Counted from the first letter of the stretch, positions 30,619 through 41,545 are shown. The stretch: DNA of 64,000 nucleotides from Promethearchaeota archaeon (GCA_030599585.1 JAUVNS010000007.1:96001-160000); one strand, 5' to 3'. The notes: a model not told the origin generated them from the sequence alone. Numbers and translations: made by a program.

Positions 30619-30696
30619 CCCAATCTTTTTTTTTAAACTATTATTCTAATATTTATTTTAAGCTTGGATTATAATAATAAAAAGGAATATTAAATT

Positions 30697-31404
30697 ATGT
30701 ATAAAAAATTAGCCAAATACTACGATTTGATTTATCATTGGAAAGATTATGAGAAAGAATCTCATACCATTAAAGATTTAATAAAAAAATATAAAAAATC
30801 AGAAGGTAATCAGTTGCTTGATGTAGGATGTGGTACAGGAAAGCATTTAGAATGTTTTATAGATGATTTTTCCTGCACGGGTATTGATATTAACAACGAA
30901 ATGGTGGAAGTTGCTAAAACTAAATTTACGGCCGTGATTTTCGAACAAGGTGATATGAGAGATTTTAATCTTAAAACCGAATTTGATGTAATTATCTGCT
31001 TATTTAGCTCAATTGGATATGTAAAAACATATTCTAACTTAGAAAAAACGATGCTGAATTTTAAAAACCACTTAAAGAAAGGCGGAGTTCTAATAATCGA
31101 GCCTTGGTTTACTAAATCAGCTTACTGGGTTGGAACGCCCGGTATGACTACTTACGATGGAAAAGATGTTAAAATCGCAAGACTTAATTCTACAAAAAAA
31201 GAAGGAGACTTATCAATAATGGAGATGCATTATTTAATCGCTGAAAAAGATGAAGATGTTATACATTTTGTAGACGTACATGAATTAGGTTTATTTGAGA
31301 CTGATAAAACTCTCGATTTCATGGAAAAAGCCGGTCTTAAAGCAGAATTTCTGAAAGATGGCTTAATGGAAAATAGAGGATTGTTTATTGGAGTAAAAGT
31401 GTAA
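30697..31404 (+). CDS. Class I SAM-dependent methyltransferase
   Basis: LLDVGCGTG, GDMRDF, CLFSSIGY. Confidence 0.9.
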   Translation: MYKKLAKYYDLIYHWKDYEKESHTIKDLIKKYKKSEGNQLLDVGCGTGKHLECFIDDFSCTGIDINNEMVEVAKTKFTAVIFEQGDMRDFNLKTEFDVIICLFSSIGYVKTYSNLEKTMLNFKNHLKKGGVLIIEPWFTKSAYWVGTPGMTTYDGKDVKIARLNSTKKEGDLSIMEMHYLIAEKDEDVIHFVDVHELGLFETDKTLDFMEKAGLKAEFLKDGLMENRGLFIGVKV

Positions 31405-31486
31405 TTTTTATGCTTCGATAAATATTTCAATAAATTTTGAAATTATTACATAAAGACTTAAATAAAAAAGGGGATTTATCAGATTC

Positions 31487-32035
31487 TTGAAAGTTCTAAT
31501 CACATATTTTAGCCAGACGGGCAATACTGAAAAGATTGCTTTAGCTATTCAAGAAATTTCATCGAAAAATCATGAATCTACATTGAAAAAGTTAAAAAAA
31601 GTTAAAATTGAAGAATTAAACGATTATGATTTGGTCTTTATAGGTTCTCCTTGCCATGATTCTGATTTAGCTAAACCTGCTTTACGATTTCTTAAAAAAA
31701 TCCCAGATGCTCCTAAATTTGCTATTGCCGGTTTTTATACTCACTCCACTTTTTTACCAGAAGGAGACGAAAGGATTAAAAAGTTATCTGAGAAATGGTC
31801 AGGTAAATGTATTGCGACATTTGAAGAGGTAAAAAAAGAAAAGAATGCTAACTTTAAGGGTTATTTCAGATGCCAAGGAATCCCATCACCTCCTATCGAA
31901 CAATTTATTCATAAAACAATCATTAAGGATGATGAAGAATGGGCAGATTTCATAGAAGAAGTGAAAAAACATCCAAATGAAAATGATATTGAAGATGCAA
32001 AAAAATTTAACCAAGATATTTTAAATAAATTCTAA
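31487..32035 (+). CDS. Flavodoxin family protein
   Basis: YFSQTGNTEKIA, YDLVFIGSP. Confidence 0.85.
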   Translation: MKVLITYFSQTGNTEKIALAIQEISSKNHESTLKKLKKVKIEELNDYDLVFIGSPCHDSDLAKPALRFLKKIPDAPKFAIAGFYTHSTFLPEGDERIKKLSEKWSGKCIATFEEVKKEKNANFKGYFRCQGIPSPPIEQFIHKTIIKDDEEWADFIEEVKKHPNENDIEDAKKFNQDILNKF

Positions 32036-32068
32036 TTGCTTTCATAACACAAAAAATGCGTAATCTGC

Positions 32069-32899
32069 TTAGTCTATAATAACATAAGCGTTACTTAAAA
32101 CAACGGCTCTATCGGTTTTAACTTGAATTACATAGCGCCCATTATCCTTCCACCCTTCTGTTGTTAACGATTCCCCGGGATACACTACATTAGTAAATCG
32201 TACTTTAAATTCTTTAAAGCGCGAAATGTCTCCATCACATAGACTATATAGGATTGCTCTTGTCGTAAAACCATATGTGCATAACCCATGTAAAATAGGT
32301 TTTTCTTGACCTCCAAAACGAGCGAGGTCAGGATCAATGTGAAGAGGATTTAAATCTCCACTAAGTCGAAATAAAGCTGCCTGGTTCTCAGTTGTATTAT
32401 AAGTAACGCTAAAATCTGGCTCAATTCCCTCTGGTGGTGTAATTTTTTCTGTTTTCGGGCCCCGATCTCCACCAAATCCTCCTGCACCTAAATAAAAAAA
32501 TGCAGATTCGATTTCGAATAACGGATTCCTATCTTTAGAGAGGCCTGTAGTTTTAACATTTATGACTGCTGCTTTACCTTTATCGTATATACTAGTTACC
32601 TCACTAAAGCAGATTATTTCTCCTTGTGACGGAATAGGCTGATGCAATCTTATTAATTCTTCACCGTGGATAAATTTAGGAAAATCGATTTTCCCTAATT
32701 TAGGGAATGCTATATATCTTGGAGCTGCTACAAAACTGGGAAATACTTTTAACCCTCCTGAAACTCCCTCGTAGATAAATTGAAGTTCAGAAGTTTGAGC
32801 TCCAATCCCTAAAGCATATAGAATTACATCTTTACTGGTATATTTATAGCTTTTTTCAGGATTTTTTTTTCCAACTACATTTAAATCTAAGCCAGACAT
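32069..32899 (-). CDS. Hydratase-2 / MaoC-family enoyl-CoA hydratase
   Basis: ILYALGIGA, IHGEE, RLSGDLNPLHIDP..PILHGLCTYG. Confidence 0.9.
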   Translation of the reverse strand: MSGLDLNVVGKKNPEKSYKYTSKDVILYALGIGAQTSELQFIYEGVSGGLKVFPSFVAAPRYIAFPKLGKIDFPKFIHGEELIRLHQPIPSQGEIICFSEVTSIYDKGKAAVINVKTTGLSKDRNPLFEIESAFFYLGAGGFGGDRGPKTEKITPPEGIEPDFSVTYNTTENQAALFRLSGDLNPLHIDPDLARFGGQEKPILHGLCTYGFTTRAILYSLCDGDISRFKEFKVRFTNVVYPGESLTTEGWKDNGRYVIQVKTDRAVVLSNAYVIID

Positions 32900-32963
32900 T
32901 GTATATCATTTCTTTAGTGTATTTCAAGGCTTTAAAGTTTTTCTCGATCTCATGATGAGTGTA

Positions 32964-34466
32964 TTATGTTCTTACCAAAACATCATGAGCATTCAAAAAT
33001 TCCTTCAAATCCTGGATTCTCAAAAGATTAAAATGAAATAAGGAAGCAGCTAATACGGCTTCAGCTCCGTTATTGATTGCTTCTTTAAAGTGCTCTTTAT
33101 TTCCAGCTCCCCCTGATGCGATCACAGGTACGGACACAATATCTGTAATACATCGGATCAAATCAAGATCATATCCCGAATTAGTACCATCTCTATCCAT
33201 GCTTGTAACTAATAGTTCTCCTGCCCCCTTATCAACAACTTTTTTTACCCATTCTAATACATCGAGTCCAGTAGGTTTTGTTCCGCTATGTGAATACACT
33301 TCCCATGATTCACCTTTTTTTTTTGCATCGATAGCGACAACGATTGATTGAGATCCGAATTTAATAGCACCTTTAGTAATTAGGTTTGGATCATTTATAG
33401 CTGCTGAATTTATACTTACTTTTTCTGCTCCTGCCTTGATAATTACCGTCATGTCCTCAATGGTTTTAATTCCGCCACCTACAGTTAATGGGATGAAGAT
33501 TTCTTCTGCTACAGATCGAATTGTATTAAGCATGCTTTTCCGTCCTTCTAGGGTTGCCGAAATGTCTAAGAAAACTAATTCGTCAGCACCATTTTCGTTA
33601 TAATATCGTGCTAAATCAACTGGATCTCCACTATCTCGTAGATTTTTGAATTTGACTCCCTTTACTACTCTTCCATTCTTTACATCTAGACAAGGGATAA
33701 TGCGTTTTACTAGTCGAGATTTGTGAAGATCGTCAAGGAAGGAGCTTAAAAGTTTGAGAGGAATATTTCGATTATATAATGCTTTTCCTACTATAACTCC
33801 ATCAGCATACTCTAGTGCTTTAACTACATCACCTATGCTTGAAATTCCGCCTGAGGCAATAATTCTGGTGTTAGGCTTTTTCTCTTTTTTCAATTCCACA
33901 TAGAGATTTGTATTTAAACCGGTTGAAGTCCCATCTTTCATTATGTCAGTGACAATAAAATCTTGAATTCCCAAATTCTCCAATTTAGAAAAAACTTTAA
34001 ATATATCTAAATTTGTATCAAATTGCCATCCCTTCGTACGGATCGTTTTATTGGAAGAATCTAATGCAATTGCAATCTTGCTTCTATACTGTTTAGATAA
34101 AATCTCTAAAAGTTTGTCATCATCAAACGCTATGGTACCTAAGATTATACGGTCAGTTCCCTGATCTATTAATTCTTCTATCGTTTCAATACTCCGTATT
34201 CCCCCCCCAATCTGAACTTTAATCCCAGCTTGTTTTGAAAGTTTAATCAGATTCAAAATAACGCGATAACTAAGATTATTCCGAAAATCTCCTTTTAATG
34301 CACCATCTAAATTAATAATATGCATCCACCAGGCACCAGCTTTGATGAATTGTCTTAGAATAGCTACGGGGTCATTAGAATATGTGATTTGTTTAGAAAA
34401 GTCACCCTGAGTAAGTCTGACTACTTTTCCCTCTCTTATATCCATGGCAGGAATTATAGTTTTTAT
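32964..34466 (-). CDS. hisAF: Fused HisA-HisF; probable ATA start at 34466
   Basis: [22 protein letters not shown] (HisA) is continuous with [27 protein letters not shown] (HisF). Confidence 0.9.
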   Translation of the reverse strand: MKTIIPAMDIREGKVVRLTQGDFSKQITYSNDPVAILRQFIKAGAWWMHIINLDGALKGDFRNNLSYRVILNLIKLSKQAGIKVQIGGGIRSIETIEELIDQGTDRIILGTIAFDDDKLLEILSKQYRSKIAIALDSSNKTIRTKGWQFDTNLDIFKVFSKLENLGIQDFIVTDIMKDGTSTGLNTNLYVELKKEKKPNTRIIASGGISSIGDVVKALEYADGVIVGKALYNRNIPLKLLSSFLDDLHKSRLVKRIIPCLDVKNGRVVKGVKFKNLRDSGDPVDLARYYNENGADELVFLDISATLEGRKSMLNTIRSVAEEIFIPLTVGGGIKTIEDMTVIIKAGAEKVSINSAAINDPNLITKGAIKFGSQSIVVAIDAKKKGESWEVYSHSGTKPTGLDVLEWVKKVVDKGAGELLVTSMDRDGTNSGYDLDLIRCITDIVSVPVIASGGAGNKEHFKEAINNGAEAVLAASLFHFNLLRIQDLKEFLNAHDVLVRT

Positions 34467-35071
34467 GTTTGGTTCACCCGTTTTTCTAAAGAATTAACCC
34501 AATATTTCAATATATTTTCTCCAATTGTTTTACTTTTTTCTGGATGAAATTGTATTGCCAAAATTGTCCCATGCTTAAAAATAACTCCAAATTTTACTCC
34601 ATGTAAAGTAAAAGCAGTTATTATATTCTCATCTACCGCATCACAATAATATGTGTGGTTAAAATATGCAAAACCAGAGAAATACGGCTCTTTAAATGCA
34701 ATTACTCTGTTCCATCCCGTATGTGGAATACGAATAGAATTGCTGGGCTTTAACTTCTTCACTTTTCCAGAAAAAATGCCTAATCCCTCAATACCTGGAC
34801 TTTCTTCCGAATTATTGAATAATAATTGTAATCCTAAACATATTCCTAATGTTGGTTTTATTGGTATAATTTGTTTTAATAGAGTAAAGAGCCCTTTTCG
34901 CTTGAGCTCTCCCACAGCATCTCCAAAAGCTCCCACACCGGGTAGAACAATACCATTTGCTTTTTCTATCTCTTCTCTTTCATTAGTTATTATTACATCT
35001 GAATAATATCGTTGTAACGATCGTTGAACAGAGCGTAAATTTCCAATCCCATAGTCAATTATTGTAATCAT
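34463..35071 (-). CDS. hisH: Imidazole glycerol phosphate synthase, glutaminase subunit
   Basis: [29 protein letters not shown]. Confidence 0.95.
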   Translation of the reverse strand: MITIIDYGIGNLRSVQRSLQRYYSDVIITNEREEIEKANGIVLPGVGAFGDAVGELKRKGLFTLLKQIIPIKPTLGICLGLQLLFNNSEESPGIEGLGIFSGKVKKLKPSNSIRIPHTGWNRVIAFKEPYFSGFAYFNHTYYCDAVDENIITAFTLHGVKFGVIFKHGTILAIQFHPEKSKTIGENILKYWVNSLEKRVNQT

Positions 35072-35111
35072 AAATAACTCCTCGAATATTTAAAAAGCAT
35101 ACCTTATTGTT

Positions 35112-35717
35112 TCATAATATTCCCTTGGTAGATGGGATATTGCCTCTTCGTTTAGGATCTAACCGAGAAGCTTTATCCAGTGAAGATCCGAGAGCTTTAA
35201 AAACCGACTCTGCCATGTGGTGATCATCTTTTCCATAAAGCACTTTCACATGTAGCGTTATACTAGCGTGAATCGCAAATGTCTGTAAAAAATGTTCTAT
35301 TAACGTGAGAGGTATCAATTCGTCTTGATTCTTTCCAAAATATTTACCCGTCCAAGGGATATTAATACTCGAATAGGGGCGATTAGAAAAATCAACAACA
35401 ACTAATGCTAGGGCTTCATCCATAGGAACGTAAGAGTGTCCAATGCGGCAAATTCCTGATTTGTTTCCAATTGCTTGTTTAAACGCTTTTCCTAACACTA
35501 TACCTACATCCTCCATGGTATGATGAGTATCGACATGCAGATCCCCAGTAGCTTTCACCTCAATGTCAAAAATTCCATGAACTGCGATGTGATTTAACAT
35601 ATGATCGAAAAATCCTATACCTGTATTTATGTTTGCTTTTCCAGAGCCATCTAAGTTAAGCGAAATATTAATAGTGGATTCTTTCGTTTTTCTTTCTTGT
35701 TCTGATTGCCGATTCAT
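35112..35717 (-). CDS. hisB: Imidazoleglycerol-phosphate dehydratase
   Basis: GFFDHML, DTHHTMED, DHHMAE, PSTKG. Confidence 0.95.
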   Translation of the reverse strand: MNRQSEQERKTKESTINISLNLDGSGKANINTGIGFFDHMLNHIAVHGIFDIEVKATGDLHVDTHHTMEDVGIVLGKAFKQAIGNKSGICRIGHSYVPMDEALALVVVDFSNRPYSSINIPWTGKYFGKNQDELIPLTLIEHFLQTFAIHASITLHVKVLYGKDDHHMAESVFKALGSSLDKASRLDPKRRGNIPSTKGIL

Positions 35718-35718
35718 T

Positions 35719-36843
35719 TTAATTTCCTCCTTTTAAAAATAATTTGATTTCATCAATAACTTTTACCATATTTTCTTGGAGTCCGATACTGATTCTTAGG
35801 TTGTTAATCATGTCTGATGACGAATAATACCTTACAAGAATGCCTTTTGAATAGAGATATTCGTAAAGGGTTTTTGGAATCTCTGGAGATTCGAAAGTGA
35901 GTAACACATAACACGCTTCACTTTGATGGATCCAAAAGTTTTTGTACTGATTTTGAACTATTATAAGTTGATTAATGAACCATTCTCTTATTTTTTTCAT
36001 TTCTGTAATTCTCTGATCAACTAGTGGGCTAGATAATGCCGCAAAAGCAGCTTTTTGACCAGCAATGTTAACATTATAAGGTTGTTTAATTGATACTATA
36101 ACTTTTCGAATCTCGTCTGGCATAATTCCATATCCCACTCGGAGCCCTCCTAAACCATAAGCCTTACTAAAAGTTCGAAGAACAACGAGATTCTCGTAAT
36201 TAGGAACCCACTTAGCAAGAGATTGAGAATCTGAGAACTCTATGTAAGCTTCATCAATGACCACTAAGACTGGTAGAGAGACTAGACGTTCAATGAAGCT
36301 TTCTGATACAACGCTTCCGTCTGGATTATTTGGTCGGGCTATAAAAATGATTTTAGACCTTAGCGCTTCTTCTAAAAATTGGTCTTCGTTAAGTACATAT
36401 TTAGCAAACGACTCTTTTTTGACTAATTTTTGAGAGACGGCTAAATTTTTAATTCCATTTACTTGAGCTAAGAACGAAATCATCCCAAATGTAGGGGATA
36501 CAGAGAGAATTTTGTCAGAAGGGTTAGCGTATGCTTTCATTATAAGTTCTATGAGCTCATCCGAACCTGAACTAATTATAAAATTTTTGGAGTCTATTTT
36601 TTCTTTTTTCCCTAAGACTTGTATTAAATTTGAACACAGCATGTCTGGATAATTACCAATATTTGTGAGGGACCTTAATGCTCCCAGAACTTCTGGAAGT
36701 GGATCGAAAGGATTTTCATTGCCATCAAGTTTTATTATTTTTTCAAGTGGGATATTGAGTTCTTCTGCTATGGTTTCTAAAGGTTTAACTCCACTATAAG
36801 TTTTTATTGAAGCAAGATGATCTGCAGTTTTGATTTTAGGGAT
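35719..36843 (-). CDS. hisC: Histidinol-phosphate aminotransferase; probable ATC start at 36843
   Basis: Upstream in-frame IKLDGNENPF and YPD; GSDELI, PNNPDG, DEAY, RTFSKAYGLGGLRVGY. Confidence 0.92.
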   Translation of the reverse strand: MPKIKTADHLASIKTYSGVKPLETIAEELNIPLEKIIKLDGNENPFDPLPEVLGALRSLTNIGNYPDMLCSNLIQVLGKKEKIDSKNFIISSGSDELIELIMKAYANPSDKILSVSPTFGMISFLAQVNGIKNLAVSQKLVKKESFAKYVLNEDQFLEEALRSKIIFIARPNNPDGSVVSESFIERLVSLPVLVVIDEAYIEFSDSQSLAKWVPNYENLVVLRTFSKAYGLGGLRVGYGIMPDEIRKVIVSIKQPYNVNIAGQKAAFAALSSPLVDQRITEMKKIREWFINQLIIVQNQYKNFWIHQSEACYVLLTFESPEIPKTLYEYLYSKGILVRYYSSSDMINNLRISIGLQENMVKVIDEIKLFLKGGN

Positions 36844-38168
36844 TAGTATCTCCTCCTAGCCGCTTCTGAGTGAGCAGTAAGTTCTTCGCTAATAGCTAAT
36901 TTCTCAGCTAAAGGAGCTATAGATTTAACTGTTTTAGTATCTAAAGCTATAAGACTAGTAATTTTGAGAAAATCTATTACTGACAATGGAGACGAAAATT
37001 TAGCGGCACCACCCGTTGGCATTACATGACTGGGACCAGCAACATAATCTCCCATCACTTCACAAGATGATTCTCCGAGGAAAATTCCTCCCGCATTTTT
37101 AATTCGGGGTAAGATTTTTTCTTGATCCTTCATAATGATAGATAAGTGCTCTGGGGCAAAATCGTTAATTGCTGATATAGCATCTTTAGTGTTAGTTACT
37201 AAAATTATTCCGCCATTATTTTCTATTGCATATCGAGCTTTTTCAGCGCGAGACAGTTTTTGTATTTGCTCTTCAACTGAATCTCTGACTATATTTGCGA
37301 TATCTTTACTTGTTGTAAGTAAAATTGGAATTGATAAAAAATCGTGTTCAGCTTGTGCGAGTAAATCAGAAGCAATTAAATGAGGATCCGCAGATTCATC
37401 GGCTAATATAACTGCCTCTGTAGGACCAGTGATACCATCAATTCCTACAATTCCATATACTTCCCGCTTAGCTAAGGTAACGAAGATATTACCGGGGCCA
37501 ACAATTTTATTAACTTTTGGAACTGTTTCAGTACCAAAAGCTAGTGCTGCAATTGCTTGAGCTCCTCCTATCTGGAAAACCCTAAGGTTAACTTTATAAT
37601 CACGCATTAAATTACAAGTAGCTAAAATTATAGGAGAAATTGGAGACGGACTTACAATTATTACTTCTTCAACTCCCGCTACAATTGCAGGGCAAACGCT
37701 ATGAATAACCGTAGATGGGAGCGGAGCGGATCCTCCAGGCACGTAAAATCCGACTCTTTGGATCGGAGTTATTATCTGCCCTAAAGTTCCTCCTAAATCA
37801 CTTGTAGTCCAAGAAGAAGTAGGTTGTTTTTTGTGAAACGCTAATATTCTATGTATCGTTTTATCTAAAACCTCTTTAATTTTAGTGTCGATAGAATTTA
37901 ACGCTGCTTCCATTTGCTCTACTTCTATTTCAATTGAATTAGTTATATCATTTTTTTCTAATTTTTTAGTCCATTCAATTAGAGCTAGATCGCCTTTTTT
38001 TATAACATCGTCAATTATACTTTTAACAACTTCTTGTGGTGTTAAGGGTTTACCGAAAATCTTAATAATCTGCTCGTTAATTTGGGGTGATGCTGGAGTA
38101 TTAACAATTGATTTGCGTATTAGTATAGATTTTTGTGCTTCCTCTAAGGAATATATTGGGATCATCAA
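36843..38168 (-). CDS. hisD: Histidinol dehydrogenase
   Basis: [43 protein letters not shown]. Confidence 0.95.
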   Translation of the reverse strand: MMIPIYSLEEAQKSILIRKSIVNTPASPQINEQIIKIFGKPLTPQEVVKSIIDDVIKKGDLALIEWTKKLEKNDITNSIEIEVEQMEAALNSIDTKIKEVLDKTIHRILAFHKKQPTSSWTTSDLGGTLGQIITPIQRVGFYVPGGSAPLPSTVIHSVCPAIVAGVEEVIIVSPSPISPIILATCNLMRDYKVNLRVFQIGGAQAIAALAFGTETVPKVNKIVGPGNIFVTLAKREVYGIVGIDGITGPTEAVILADESADPHLIASDLLAQAEHDFLSIPILLTTSKDIANIVRDSVEEQIQKLSRAEKARYAIENNGGIILVTNTKDAISAINDFAPEHLSIIMKDQEKILPRIKNAGGIFLGESSCEVMGDYVAGPSHVMPTGGAAKFSSPLSVIDFLKITSLIALDTKTVKSIAPLAEKLAISEELTAHSEAARRRY

Positions 38169-39172
38169 TTTTCCTCCAAATTCTTAAGTAAATTTTTGTA
38201 GCGTTTAGGTTCCTCTTCAAAGATATAAAGAGTTGGAGCTACCACTACACCACTACCACCTATTTCGCGTAAACCTTTTATGGCATCTTGTAATTTTTCT
38301 TTTTCGACGATAATGTGAATCGCATACATTTTCTCTCCTTTTTTAGTATAAACCGATGATACCGTTGGTCCATCAAGTCCTTCTAAACTTTTTTTAGAAA
38401 AAATCGATTCAGCGATATCTTTACCATTTTCTCCCCTCATATTTACAAAGACAGACACGAATCTCTTTGCTCTGAGTGTTGCTTCAAAATATTCAATCAA
38501 TCCACGAGTGACCTTCATAACAGCTTCATTTCCTAAAGCAGTTCGATTCCCAATCAACACTGCCTCAGAAGTCATTATTTTCCCTCCACTAATTCTTTTT
38601 AATCTATTATCTTTTAGAGTCTTTCCCGTAGAGACAAGATCAACGATTATTTCGCTATAGCCAAGCTCAGGATAAACCTCTAAGGATCCATTTCCGCTCA
38701 CTATCTCATAAGAAATTCCACACGAAGTTAAAAATTGCTTAGTAAGTTTTGGAAACTTAGTTGCAACTCTAATATGTGAATTTTTTCCTTTTTGTTTTAT
38801 TTCTTCAATTGAATATTCCAACCAATCTTCAGGAACAGCAATTTCAAGACTGCATTTTCCAAAACCTAATGCATCATGTACAACTACTACATCTTTTTTC
38901 GTATCAGGCAAATACTCACGAACTAAGTCATATCCAACTATTCCAAGCTCTATCGACCCATTAAGGACACCTCTGACAATATCCACTTGGCGTTGATACA
39001 CCAATTGGAGATCAATGGGACCATTTATAGAGCCAATATACTGTCTGTTATTCCTTTGCACGTTAAACCCACATTCTTTCAAGAAATCTTGGGTTTCTTT
39101 TTCCATTCTCCCTTTTGAAGGTATGGCTAGTCTCACTTGCCGTGATTTATAATAAAACTCTTCTTCTTTCAC
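38165..39172 (-). CDS. hisG: ATP phosphoribosyltransferase (long form)
   Basis: [26 protein letters not shown]-terminal regulatory domain. Confidence 0.95.
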   Translation of the reverse strand: MKEEEFYYKSRQVRLAIPSKGRMEKETQDFLKECGFNVQRNNRQYIGSINGPIDLQLVYQRQVDIVRGVLNGSIELGIVGYDLVREYLPDTKKDVVVVHDALGFGKCSLEIAVPEDWLEYSIEEIKQKGKNSHIRVATKFPKLTKQFLTSCGISYEIVSGNGSLEVYPELGYSEIIVDLVSTGKTLKDNRLKRISGGKIMTSEAVLIGNRTALGNEAVMKVTRGLIEYFEATLRAKRFVSVFVNMRGENGKDIAESIFSKKSLEGLDGPTVSSVYTKKGEKMYAIHIIVEKEKLQDAIKGLREIGGSGVVVAPTLYIFEEEPKRYKNLLKNLEEN

Positions 39173-40080
39173 TTGTTTCGCCTCCCTAATTCATTTATAA
39201 TTTCACTTAGAGTAATTTTTTGTGTTGCCATTAAGACTAGGACAAAATATGTTAAGTCAGCAATTTCCCAGATAAGGTTATCTCTGTCAGTAAAATTTAT
39301 CACTTCTAAGCATTCTTCTTTGATTTTTGAAAGTAATAAATTATTGTCCTCAGCTAATCTTTTAGTGTATGATTCTTCCACTGAAGAATCCTCTATTCGG
39401 TTATTTATTAGATCATAGAGAACATTTAATGAAAAATCCTTATCAAAAAAACAGGAATATGTCCCGGTGTGGCAAGCATATCCAGTTTGTTGGACTTTAA
39501 ACAGGAGAGAGTCGTTATCACAGTCATAATGGATTTTTTTTACTGCTTGACTGTTTCCTGATTCCTCTCCTTTTATCCATAGTTTATTTCTCGATCTACT
39601 GAAATAGGTTGCCTTCCGGGTGAGTACTGTATTTTTCAACGATTCTTTAGAAGAATATGCGAGCATTAGTACAGTATTGTTCTGATCTTGTACTATTGTC
39701 GGAATAAGTCCTGATCCTTTCTCGAAATCGAGAAGATTTAACAGGCTATTATCTATTAGTGAGTAATTCATTTTTGACTTAAAATTAAAGGTTTCATATC
39801 GGTTTGGTAATGATAGAGAAATAGGTTTATAGCCTTTTTTGTATAGCTGCTTTTTCATTTCATTCTGAGCTTCTTTTATCTCAAACCTTAGATCTATATT
39901 TTGAGAAATTTCTTTCAAATTTTTATTGTTCCCAATCAGTGTATCGAAATCTTGCTCATTAATTTTTAAAACTAAAGTAAAGATAACATCCCAATTCCTT
40001 TTTAAAAATACCTCTTTAATAAACTGAGTAATTCCCCCTACTGGTTCCAAGTCCTTTTTTTCCACCTTTAATATTAACAT
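39169..40080 (-). CDS. hisIE: HisI-HisE fusion with ~110-aa N-terminal extension
   Basis: [36 protein letters not shown]; SYT..KIKEE..EIADL. Confidence 0.92.
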   Translation of the reverse strand: MLILKVEKKDLEPVGGITQFIKEVFLKRNWDVIFTLVLKINEQDFDTLIGNNKNLKEISQNIDLRFEIKEAQNEMKKQLYKKGYKPISLSLPNRYETFNFKSKMNYSLIDNSLLNLLDFEKGSGLIPTIVQDQNNTVLMLAYSSKESLKNTVLTRKATYFSRSRNKLWIKGEESGNSQAVKKIHYDCDNDSLLFKVQQTGYACHTGTYSCFFDKDFSLNVLYDLINNRIEDSSVEESYTKRLAEDNNLLLSKIKEECLEVINFTDRDNLIWEIADLTYFVLVLMATQKITLSEIINELGRRNK

Positions 40081-40084
40081 AAAA

Positions 40085-40196
40085 TACCCTCAAAACTGAA
40101 TTAGATTTCAGTTCAATTAAATTCCAATGAATACATGATAAAAAAATTATCTTAATTCATCGGAATTATTTATAATGTAGATGATGATGTTCCGAT
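40085..40196 (-). promoter_or_regulatory. Candidate his attenuator: alternative stems 1:2 and 2:3, U7 tract, SD-proximal hairpin
   Basis: ATCGGAA/TTCCGAT versus AATTCCGATGAAT/ATTCATTGGAATT; T7 at 40146-40140; AACTGAA/TTCAGTT next to GAGGGT. Confidence 0.65.
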
Positions 40197-40243
40197 CTGA
40201 TAACATTAAAGCTATTCGATCCATCAACAAAGACTAAACTCAA
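40166..40243 (-). CDS. Candidate His leader peptide (M)SLVFVDGSNSFNVIRSEHHHLHYK
   Basis: TTG start 8 nt after AGGGTG; CAT CAT CAT CTA CAT near the end; stops 85 nt before hisIE. Confidence 0.75.
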   Translation of the reverse strand: MSLVFVDGSNSFNVIRSEHHHLHYK

Positions 40244-40457
40244 TAGATTAACACCCTTAGTTTTTAGAAATATCATATTAATTCACTATTGAGTCCTTAT
40301 TTTAGAGATAACTATACTTGTATTAACTATTTTATGCACCGTAGCCTAAAAAAGTTAACTATATTTGGTGTATTGAAAAAATTATAATTTTAACAATTAT
40401 TATGTTAGTTTAGATTCAATAATAATATTTTTAGAAAATATAGATGGAGAAAGTCTT

Positions 40458-41498
40458 ATGGTAAAAGGAAATAAGTATGGAACGCATAGAGTTATTGAAC
40501 CTAAGGGGACACTTCCTCAACCTGCGTTTAAAATTTCAAATAATGTGACGATTTATGACAACGAGATATTAATCGATGTCGATTATTTGAACATCGACTC
40601 TGCAAGTTTCACTCAATTAAAAGAAGAAGCGGAAGGAAATCTAGATAAGATTAAGAATAAGATTATGGAAATCGTTCAAGAAAGAGGAAAAATGCAAAAC
40701 CCAGTTACGGGTTCGGGAGGGATGTTAATAGGGAAGGTAGAAATGATAGGTGATAACTTAATTGATAAAATAGAATTACAGGTAGGAGATAAAATAGCAT
40801 CATTAGTATCTCTTTCATTAACTCCTCTCAAAATTGAAAAAATCTTAGACATTAATCCAGATATAGATCGAGTTAAGATTGAGGGAAAAGCTATCCTTTT
40901 TGAAAGCGGAATTTACGCAAAATTGCCTGGAGATATGGAAGCAACTCTAGCGTTAGCAGCACTCGATGTTGCTGGAGCTCCCGCACAAGTAAAGAATCTG
41001 GTGAAGGAAGGCGATAATGTTCTAATTCTTGGTGCTACGGGCAAATCTGGACTCATGTGTTCATATATGGCTAAAAAAATGGCTGGTAATAAAGGAAAAA
41101 TCATAGGACAGGCTAGAAACGAGACTCGAGCCGAATTTCTTAGAGAAACCGAGTTTTGCCATGAAGTTATTGTCGCAGATGTATTAAATCCGATAAATAT
41201 CTTAGAAGAAACCCTACAAGCTAATGGTGGGAATGAAGTAGATATAACCATTAATTGTTTGAGCATCCCCAATTCAGAATTATCTTCCATCCTTCCCGTG
41301 AGAGATGAAGGTATTGTATATTTCTTTTCAATGGCCACCAGTTTCACTAAAGCAGCTTTGGGAGCTGAGGGTATAGGAAAAGATGTGACCATGATAATAG
41401 GTAATGGATATACTAAAAATCATGCGCAAATTACCTTAGATTTATTACGAGAATCTGGAACTCTTAGAAGAATTTTTGAGGAAAAATATATAAAATAA
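40458..41498 (+). CDS. kdd: L-erythro-3,5-diaminohexanoate dehydrogenase
   Basis: YGTHRVIEPKGTLPQPA, RGKMQNPVTGSGGML, LDVAGAPAQ, SFTKAALGAEG. Confidence 0.9.
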   Translation: MVKGNKYGTHRVIEPKGTLPQPAFKISNNVTIYDNEILIDVDYLNIDSASFTQLKEEAEGNLDKIKNKIMEIVQERGKMQNPVTGSGGMLIGKVEMIGDNLIDKIELQVGDKIASLVSLSLTPLKIEKILDINPDIDRVKIEGKAILFESGIYAKLPGDMEATLALAALDVAGAPAQVKNLVKEGDNVLILGATGKSGLMCSYMAKKMAGNKGKIIGQARNETRAEFLRETEFCHEVIVADVLNPINILEETLQANGGNEVDITINCLSIPNSELSSILPVRDEGIVYFFSMATSFTKAALGAEGIGKDVTMIIGNGYTKNHAQITLDLLRESGTLRRIFEEKYIK

Positions 41499-41545
41499 AA
41501 GTTAAATCAATATCTAAAAAAAAAAGAAATTTTAATATTAGTTTA

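Noticed and set aside
40147-40224. ATG-started 25-codon Ile-rich ORF (MDRIALMLSDRNIIIYII..) overlapping the His leader in another frame
   Set aside because: No SD, and the Ile run is just the CAT repeat read out of frame. The His frame fits the downstream operon, though translation of this ORF is not excluded.
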